Source: Ministeria vibrans ATCC 50519 (lineage: Eukaryota > Protista > Filasterea). Taken from it: 50,167 nucleotides of DNA. A program made the translations under genes and the position numbers. This document shows positions 41,111-50,167 of the stretch, in pieces. Positions within the stretch are counted from its first letter, which is position 1. Each line of letters begins with the position of its first letter. The stretch spans positions 7,951 to 58,117 of the forward strand of contig CALSCP010001244.1 in NCBI GenBank assembly GCA_943704425.1. Direction: 5' to 3'. Under the pieces are notes generated by a model. It saw only the letters and a list, made by a program, of their open reading frames with translations, did no database searches and was not told the origin of the DNA.

Positions 41111-44100
41111 AATTATTATTATTATAATACTATTCTGGTAGGTTCTCTCGCTCGGCCACAGCAACTCTTCCAATCTCTGGCACGCATTGGACTCGAATTC
41201 AAATGGGTCGCTTGTGCGTCTTTTCACTGGCCTCGAGCCTCAGCATCTCCACCTAGACCTGCATCCACTGCCCTATAACGAGAACGACACAGCTGTAGCT
41301 CTTCTGCAGACTTTTCACACATGGCGTCGCTTTGTACCTGCCGGCATGCCATCTGACGATTGTACGGGCGGAGGACTGCAATCCAACCCTTCTCTTTCTT
41401 CTAGCGATCCCCTAGTTCCCCCCAAAGCTTTATCCGAGCTCACGCACTCCTCTCCAACACCATCACGCCGCGGCTCTGCCTCGACGCCCCATTTTCAACA
41501 GCGCACGTCGCTTGGTGTTCTTTCACACGCACCCGCGACAGAGTACCCTAGCGCTCAGCAGCCTTTGGTGAACGTCGCCTCTAGTATGGTCCGTCGTGGC
41601 TCTCGCCAGCTCAAACAACCTCGTGGGGCAGACGCCGGATCCACTAATGTTGGAGGAGGACGTCGTGTCAACTCGCAGGCTCCGCAACCAAGCCAGTCGT
41701 GCGATCCTTTCTCCGAGTTCCCCGACGCTCACGTGCCCTTCCCAGCACCTACTACCCCACTGATTCTACAGTCGTGGCGACGCGATGCCCTTTCAACTCT
41801 CCCTAACTGGTGTCTCTCCGAAGCAAAGACGCCTGCATGCGTCGGTGCCTCGGGTCTAATCCTACTGCACTGTCTCGCTGTCGACCAAGACGCACCTTCC
41901 AACCCGACGTCGACTTTTGCGTGTGTCTCAGACCCCACAGACTCTCTCAAATGGTGCGGCCCAGCTCTCAATATTAATGCTAATGTTACGGCTTCCTGCA
42001 TCGCCTCGACACCCCTCTCCTCGACGTATTGGGTGCCCTTCCATGAACTCGCCGCGCTCGCAAGCAACAACACCATCACTGTCTATCACCACAGCCGCAC
42101 ATCTTATCCCCACCGCCAACATGCTGTCTGTCATGAACACCCTCTCGCCGCTCCAGCGTATATAAGCGACGACTCCCCTGCTGCCGTTCCACCCAATGCC
42201 AACACCGATACACTGCAACCCATGGACCTTCTCCGTGAGCCCACCATCCTTTCAACCAACTTCTCGACTGCTCAGTCACTCTTCCTCTGCTTCGAGGCCT
42301 TTCCTGTGTCACCCACTCTAGATATGCAGTCTAGTTGCAGCCCCTCGCACCAAAGTACCCTGCTACATGCACAGGAAATTAAGGAGGAGGAAAGGAATGT
42401 GACCGCGCGTGCGTTGGGTTCGTTCACATGTACCGAATTCGCATGGGATTGTCTCAACGCCACGCACGTCCCTCTGCTTCACCAGACACTGACGGCGTCG
42501 CTTCCCTTTCACTCGTCCTTTATTCATATTCCCGCCGGTCCCCGTACGTTTCTCCTTGACTTTGTCGGCCAGCCCCATGGCTTTGCACTGACCTTGGCTG
42601 CGCGCGAACCGTTTGTATGTGCTCCCGAAACGCAAGCTCTTGCAGCGCATTTGCAGTCATCAGTAGCCTCCTCGTCACGCACACTCTCCGTACACGAGTT
42701 CCCCGGCACTGCGATGGCACCCTCGCCTACCGGCGCCAACACCTACTTTGTTTTGTTCCGCCAACATCTCTGTGTTGCCTCCATCCCCATCACCGTGCGC
42801 TACTCGCTCTGCCTGCCACTCCAACCCTCCGAGTCGTCCATGCGCGACCAGGCGTCTCTCATGGGCCACATCCGTTTGCGTGTATTTGACAACGAGTCCG
42901 CAATCGAAATGGTCACGTCACTGCCCGGCTCGCCTCTCGTGTGCACTCTGCAGCCGTGCCAGCGCGGCTACTCACTACTCGCCGAAGTGCGTTTTAGTGA
43001 CCACACTCCTCTCTCGCATCCCTTCCGCTTTGTCCTCCGTCAGGTCGCTGTACTCGCGCAACCCGACGAAGCTGTCTTGACGCCCTGTCCCCCACCAATC
43101 CACCCATGCCTTTCCTCGCTTGCTTGCCAGATTGATCCAGTCGAAGTAATGGGGCGTTATCTACACAACAAGTATGCTCGGCTCTTTCACCTCAAGGTGC
43201 GCATTTCCGAGACTGCACCCGTCACCTTCCAGCTGGTTGTTTCCCAACCCAACGTTCACGTGCGTCTTTACCTTCTTCGCGACGGGGTTGAAGTCGCTTC
43301 CACTTCCGCCCGCAACATGGCCGTCATCCCGTTTGTGCTCCTGCGCACCTCTGCTCACGACCATGCCCAATTGCAACTGACAGAGCACATGTCCACGCCG
43401 CGCGAGTCGTCCACCTCAGCTTCATTAGTGACAAACGTAAGCGCAAGGCGCACATCTAGTACTGCTACTAGTACCCTCGGCCAGGCGAGTCCCCGGCTCA
43501 GCTCGGCATCGGCACAAAAACGTTCTTCTTTGCTGCTCAGTCAAGATAAATCTGCAATATGCGGCGGGTACGAACTCGAATTCGAAGGAGACCGCACCGA
43601 CGACGTCACATGCAGCCCCATCTCGACCACCGATCAGCTCGACGGTGCACATGATCGGCTGAGCAGCGTGTCGCACCAGTACCTGTTGCGCGCCGTCATC
43701 GAGCATGACTCGTGGCCTCCCAAGCCCGAGTCTCAAGCCGCTCGCGATGCTCTGACAAGCGCTCTGTGGGATATTCCAGAGCCTTCAACCTCTTTCAAGA
43801 CATCCACAGAGAGCTCGAGTCACAGGCGCGAACGCTCTCGCTCTAGCAATGCACCCTCAGTTCCTTTGCCACTCGCCGTCCGACGAGGCAACGCATCGAC
43901 GCAGCACGCTCCTTCGTCGGGTGTCGGCTGGGCGAGCACAAGTGCGAGTACCACGACAGCGCCACCAGCCACCGTCATTGGCACGAGCTTCATTGGAACG
44001 GGCGCGGTCGCCGAGGAGGCCGCTGTTGCTCCCCCGCTAGCTTGGCGACTGCGAGTGCACATTGCTTGCGAGCCAGACTCTCAAATGCGTCCAAAAGTTT

Positions 44101-44874
44101 GTTTGGAACGCGACACGGATCGCGAAGAAAAAATTCGCGCGGTCAAAGCCTCGTGGGAGTCGTGTGCGCCAGGTCGAGCGGTCAAGGCTGCCACTCTTCG
44201 CAGCGCCTTTCTTTTCAAGCACAACTTTGGTCACACAATCAGTGGCAGCGCATACACCCCCGATGTCGTCTTCACATCAGGAGAGCTCGTCTCGTTGGCT
44301 GAATTGATTGCTCGACAACAGCAACAGCAACAGCAGCAGCAACCATCTCAAACGAAGGGAGAATCCTCCAACTCCCGACCTGGCTCAGTTGGTGGGTCAC
44401 GAGCCCGTCGACGCACCTCGAGTCGCTCAGGAAGTCATTCTGGCTCTCGTTCCAAGCTCATTGCAATTGATTCGTCTGTAGACTCGTCCTCTTCCACTGC
44501 GTCCCCTTCCGGGGCTGCATTACATGAACAGTCTCAGACGACCGAGGGTGTGGCCTTGCAATCTGCTACCTCCTTGCCTCCCGTTTGCAAGAGTACATTT
44601 GCTACCATGGCCACAGCCTTAACTCACGCGCGTCCATCGCCTTTTTCTCATGGTGATGCATCACGGCCTGTGTCATCCCATGTTCCGACACTCGGCGAGC
44701 TCGAGCAACGCCGTCTCACCCACAACCATCTGAAGGAGCGCTCCGCACAACAGCACACCCACACTCTCCGTACCCGCTCCGCCGACATTGCTTTTCGCGA
44801 GTCCTTGCGCGAAGCAGTGCTCAAGGTGAAGTGATACAGTTGATAATAATTTTAATAATGCGCAGGTACTCATG

Positions 44875-44905
<31 letters not shown>

Positions 44906-45082
44906 GATCACAAGAGTCAGAGCGGCACGAGTGCAGCGTACGAGCAAGTGCGAATAGAAGTGCATGAGCGACGACGTGTGTTGGGGCAGGCACTCCGCAT
45001 TGAGAGGGAGCACGAGCGACGCCAGCAAAAGACTCAACTATTGTCCAGTGAGGCTAAAGCAAAGTCAACCTCCCAAGTGTAG
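39898..45082 (+). CDS. ADGB: androglobin-like protein (inactive calpain-like domain plus C2-like domains), apparently without the globin/IQ insert
   Basis: FSKWSSDAVNNEKF, LNPSGKYVVRLFFMGTWRRVVVDD, EIWVTILAKAVLK, LFTGLEP, TYFVLFRQ, RGYSLLAE and ERDTDREEKIRAVKASWESCAPGRAVKA match androglobin blocks as I recall them; 5 exons. Confidence 0.82.
40900..41130. repeat. (AAT)n microsatellite in an ADGB-like intron
   Basis: Direct reading. Confidence 0.95.
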
Positions 45083-45189
45083 AAAATTATAAGAAAAAAA
45101 GGAAATAAAAAACAATCATGATGAAGGCAGCGTGCATTGTGTAAAAAACGAAACAAAATCGAGTGTGAAATGTTTAATTTTTTGAAAGA

Positions 45190-48100
45190 TTACAAAGGCG
45201 TCTCCTTGTCGGCACCAACTTCCTCGTCGAGAACGAGAGGACGCGTGGGACGCGTGGGACGCTTGGGTTTGGCAGGCTCTGAGGCAGACGGAAGGCCCGG
45301 AGAGCCATCGCTCGCCACAAAGGAGCTCGTGGGCGAACCCGACATCATCATGGAGAGCGGTCGACGGCCAGGGCGCGAAGGCTTGCGCATCAGCGAGGCA
45401 GGCGCACCGTCGGCAGCAGCAGTGGCGGCGCCAGGGGACGACGATGGCTCGGTGGGAGTGGCGGTGGACCTGCGCGGCGACGAGTTCAAGGAGACTGAGC
45501 TAGCACCTTGTGTGTAGTCAAGTTCCGAAGCGGTGCTGGAGCGTGGCATAACACTCTGTGGTCGAACTGACTTGGGTTTACGAAGTGTTGGCGGCGGCTT
45601 GGTCGACGCGCGAGCTCCCGCTGAGCTTGGTGTCGACAACGCTGCGCTACTACCTTCAGAACTGCCCCCACCTTCGGTGCGATCGCGGGCTGCGCGCAAC
45701 TGACGCGACTGCAGCATCTCGCCCATGAGCGCACCGCCCATGCCCATGCCCATCATGGGCACTCCCATCACGCGTTTAGGTTGAATCAGTTTCACCGGTT
45801 CCTCTTCCTCCTCCTCCTCCTTTTCTTTCACCTCTGTCAGAGCAGCTGGCGCGGCATCGGCCCCTGGTGGCTCACTCTCGGCAGAATCCTCGGGCAGACT
45901 GTCACTGGGGGGTGGGATCTGTGCGACAGTGGTGGAGCCAGCTTGTGCGACAACTGGCTCACGCTCAGCCGCGTCTACACTGGCTGCTTCGGCTATTTCA
46001 CTCTTGGTGCGGGTCGATGGGGAGGCAAGGGGACTCGCTACGGACGGCTCAACCTCAACAGATGCAGGCGTAGGTGACACCACAGACTCGACGAGCGGCG
46101 ATGAAGCGGCAATAGTCGTTTCGACGGTGACACTGGTAGTCGCAGTCTCCTCGAAAGAAGGTGCATCGGCGTCGCTCTGCTCAAACACGTCTGCCGACGG
46201 GTTCGACGTGAGGATTTCTTTCTCCTTCTTGCGACCCAACAACTTGCCCAACCCAAACTTGGACTTCTTCTTGACATCTTTGTCGGAAACCGTTGGCTTG
46301 CCCTTGGGCACAGCGGGAGCGCCCTTGGGCTTCTGTGCCGACACAGGCGGGGGCGCAGCGGCCGCCTCGGCAACTGCAGGGTCGGGTGTCTCGGACACAA
46401 CAGGCGGCACCGTTCGCTGAGGCGTCGGTGGTGGCCCTGCGACCGCAACAGGCTTTGTCGCGTCGACCACCGCCGCAGGCTCCGCCAGTGTCGCTGCAAC
46501 CGTCGAAGGAGCCGTACTCATAGCAGAAGGCGCCTCCTTGGTGGGTTCAGCAGCAGAATCAGCATCGGCATCAACAGCAGTAGTAGCAGGAGAAATGGCG
46601 GAGTTGGCGACAGAGGCAAGCACACCAGCAGTAGCGGTGGGTGTCGAAGCGGGGCCACTAAACAAATTAGAGACGTCCGCATCGTTGGCAAGACGAGGTC
46701 GGTCGCCTCCGCGACGGGCGGGCGGGCGACGACCCGTGGCACCCTTGGCGCGCGACTTAGTGACTGTCTGAAGAAGAGGAGCGGGAGGAGCAGCGACGTC
46801 CAAGGACGACGAGCTGTCGGAAGTGGCCACGTTGGGACGGGATGCAGCGGCAGGAGCGAATCCAGGCATCATTGTGCGAGGACGAGCGGCGGGCCTGGGC
46901 ACTTTGCGAGGCGCTGTTTTGCTTGCCGAGGAAGCAGCAGCATCACTCGCAATCACAGGCGCAGAAGCTGGTGTGCTTGAGGTAGATTCAGACACAACAG
47001 GCGTCGAGTCGGCAAGTGAGCCTGAAAGCCGCTGGGGGCTCGGGGTGAAGCGAAGTTTCTCTTCGGAGGAGAGAACAACTGGAGCGGGCGGCGCGGCAAA
47101 CGGAATAGAAGAACCAAGCGAGCTTTGGCGTTCATGACCACTAATGACAACGGGAGCAGGTGGTGCGGCAAATGGAATGGACGAGCCGATTGAGCTTTGA
47201 CGTTCATGTCCGCCACCAGATGAGTCTTGTCGACGGTGGACCACGACGGGGGCTGGCGGCGAGGCGGCAGACGCCAGACTTGTGCGCGACGCTGTGCCGT
47301 TCCGATCCGCCAACGTCGGTGACTTGGGTGTCGCGGGGGTTGGCGCAGATGCCGCCATGGATCCCAGGCGTCGTTCTTGAAGCTTTTTTTGCACCGCATC
47401 GGCAGCAGCGCGTCGATGTTTTTCCTTCTCGTCGATTGGATCGGACGGGGTGGTCGCCGCAGACGACGAGAGCGCCAAGGGCGATCCAGTAGTGCGGGGA
47501 CGAGGCACAGGCACAGGCACAGGCACAGGGGCGGGCGACTTGGTCGCGGCTGAAGTCGCTTCGTTTGAAACAGTTGTCTCGTGCAGCGCCCCATCGGATT
47601 CGGTGAGAGCCATCTCAATCATGGAGAGAGACAAGGACCGTCGCGCGGCAACCCGCTCCTTAGCACTTCGTGGCTTCGACGGCGTCGGCAATTCGGGAAC
47701 AGCCTCCGTCTCGTCGTCTCGACGCGCCTCGTCCACAGCGGGCGTCACGGGAATCACCACGGCAACTTCCTTGTCGTCGTCGTCGTCGTCATCATCATCA
47801 TCATCATCATCATCATCTTCCTTGTTTGACGTGGTCACCGCCAGCTCGTCTTCATCGTCCACTTGGAAGACGCCATCGTCGTCGCTGTTGTTACTCTCTT
47901 CCTCCACCTCGTCTTCGACATCTTCGATTCGTGAAATCATTTCCTCCTCGACATCGTCGTCCTCGAGCAGCGGGGGAGCGGAGGGCGTCGCCTCCGTGGC
48001 CTTGGCTGTTGCCTTGAGTTCATCCGCAGCCTTGCGTTCTGCCTCTTCGAACATTTGCAGAGCAAACTGGGTCGCATCGCTCGGCGGTGACGACGACAGC

Positions 48101-50150
48101 AACGGCGGCGGCGGCACCGAGAGTGCCACAGACGGTTCGAGGGAGGCCGGTCTCGGTGTGGAGGTGGGAACAGAATCGGCAGCGACGACCGCGTCAAGCG
48201 CCACCTTTGGTGTGGATGGGGCAGTGGCCACTGAAGCGGCGCTCGGGACAGCACGAGTGGTAGTTGTGGACACCTTGGACGGGCTCTTAGCGCTCAAGTC
48301 GCCGCCATCGTCGTCCCAAGACTCCAACTCGATCGTGGGACGCGAAGAGGTGCGCCTGGCAGGAATGGCAGCAGCTACACTCACGGTGCTCCTACTGTCG
48401 TCGACTGCGATAGAGGCGCTTGTGCTGCCGGATAAGAGCACCGTGGCCGCCGATGAAGTCGACGAGTTGGAAGTCGTGATCACGGTGGAGTTGCGTTGCG
48501 AGTCACTTGGTGACGGTGAGATTGTGTCCATTTCAGCGAGAACTTCGCGGGCGCCCGGAAGCAAGGAGACGGCCGACTCGGGTCGACTGGACGCGTTGAG
48601 AACCTCGGCGATGCTTGTCACGACCACGGGGCTTTCAGCAACTTTACGAGCAGTACGGCCACGACGCACAAACACAGCAGCGTCGACCGAGCCAGGCGTC
48701 GCGAGTTTCTCGGACGCCTCTGGCCCCATCGCACTGTTTTCCTCAATAGATGGAATGTTGCCAGGGGAGATCGTTGGCTCAACGGTATTGGACGATGCTG
48801 CTGGGAGCGATGTGGATGAAAGCGCAGCCGCCGCGGCGAGCACGTCGTCTTTGATGTAGTTAGAGCGACGGTTTGAACTGAGTCGGGCGCGTGACGAAAT
48901 GGACGAGACTGTGCCGTTGCCACCGCTCCCACCGGTCAGAAGCTGGCGACCGCCCTTGAGATCATGGAGGACCTCGTCGCTCAGGTGGTCACAAAGACGC
49001 TGCACGAGATTGACTTTGTGACGCGCGTCCTGCTCGACAGCATCGCGGGCGGCACTCGACAACAAGGTCGCCTCGATGGACTCGCGCAGTTGGTTTTCGC
49101 GGTTGCCGGGCGCCAACAGTTGATGTCGAATGGCATTCATGCCGACCGGATCGAGGTGTTCACAACGGCGATTCATGAGGTCGCACAGTTCATTGGCCGT
49201 CTCCTGGTCGTTCTTGATCATGATGTGCGCCACCTCGCCGGCCGCGTTGCGAAATGCTTGCTTCAACAGATTGTCGTGGGGATCGAGGTCGTCCGCAGCC
49301 ATCTCGTGAAGCTCAAAGACAATATCGGGGCTCTGGAGCGCTTTGGCACGTAGCTCGTCGGAAACACGCGTGCCAAGTCGTGAGCACTCGTTGATGGCGG
49401 ACTGCACCGACTCCTCCTGCAGCGAACGGAGCATCTCGGCCTGGCGCATAAGCGTCTTCTTGCTGAGTGCAAACTCGCTGCGTGACCTGAGAGCAACTTG
49501 CATGCGCGAGGCAAGCTGACGCGCTTCGCGTGCCTCCGTCTTGCAACAAGCGCTAAAGTCGAGCAGGGGCAAAGCGAGTTCGTGGAGGGTGTCGTTGCGA
49601 TCAAGTGCATCGGCGAGCTCTCGAAAGCCGCGCAAGGTCACGGAGTTATCGTCCATTTCGAGTGCCTCTAACGTCACATTGGTGTGCAGTGCTTTGGCCA
49701 TGGCCAGGGCACCACGATCGCCAAAGCCGCAGCCCGATAGATCCAGACGTGCCAGGCAGGTGTTCTCGCAGAGCGCGTCGATCAACGGCAAAATCTCAGA
49801 CTTGATCCGCGAATTGGCCAACGACAGCGATCGCAATTTTAATCCATCCACTGAGATGTACTTGGCCAGCGCTATATAAGTAAAAAAAAATGTAATTATT
49901 TAGGAGTTCGTTTAATTTTAATACAATTATACTTATTATTACTCTACCTTGCATGGCGTAAGAGGCGGAAACGCTGGCGGACTTTTGACGGAAGTTGTTG
50001 CCGATATTGAGGATTTCGATGGAAGAGGAGACAGTGCCAACGGCGGAGCAAAAGAGCGCCATGCCTTCGGAGCCAAGGTCGTTGTCGGACATGTTCAATT
50101 CTTTGACATTCTGGATGCCCTGCAGTGAGGCACTGAAGACGTTGACGTCC
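45190..50150 (-). CDS. CARMIL: CARMIL / LRRC16 capping-protein regulator (5' truncated)
   Basis: RNI-like LRRs (LNMSDNDLG, LDLSGCGFGDRGALAMAKAL..N.TL..L..DDN), helical dimerisation region, CPI motif LQTVTKSRAKGATGRRPP, MGVPMMGMG..LMGEM motif and a long Pro/Ser tail. Confidence 0.85.
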
Positions 50151-50167
50151 TGTTTGAACAAAAAAAA

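Noticed and set aside
47450-48859. 469-aa plus-strand ORF and other antisense ORFs over CARMIL, NPC1 and the T-box gene
   Set aside because: Shadow ORFs of GC-rich or low-complexity coding sequence, with no domain signal

Overview
Gene-dense, intron-rich eukaryotic nuclear DNA with canonical GT-AG introns, the standard genetic code, many microsatellites and three N-gaps. I read 16 spliced genes, 13 of them on the minus strand: DYNC2LI1, NPC1, a Bacillus-Des-like fatty acid desaturase (3' part only), PAN3, YKT6, ABP1/drebrin-like, a GT10 fucosyltransferase, cycloeucalenol cycloisomerase (CPI1), TIM8, CCDC40, a Brachyury-class T-box factor, a BTB-BACK-Kelch protein, TMEM62, a Smurf-type HECT ligase, an androglobin-like protein and CARMIL (5' truncated). 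Brachyury plus Smurf plus motile-flagellum genes suggests, by inference, a flagellated unicellular holozoan outside choanoflagellates and animals (for example a filasterean). The most notable observations are: an androglobin ortholog apparently lacking the globin/IQ insert; RFX X-box motifs at all three ciliary genes; a premetazoan-type Brachyury (KLTNR); a plant/amoebozoan-type sterol enzyme (CPI1); a 57-bp element with terminal inverted repeats and a 6-bp target-site duplication; and a dispersed non-coding ACAAAGTGATAGAG repeat family that also forms inverted pairs around T-box exons. Exon structures and family assignments were made by eye and from remembered reference sequences, with no database searches.
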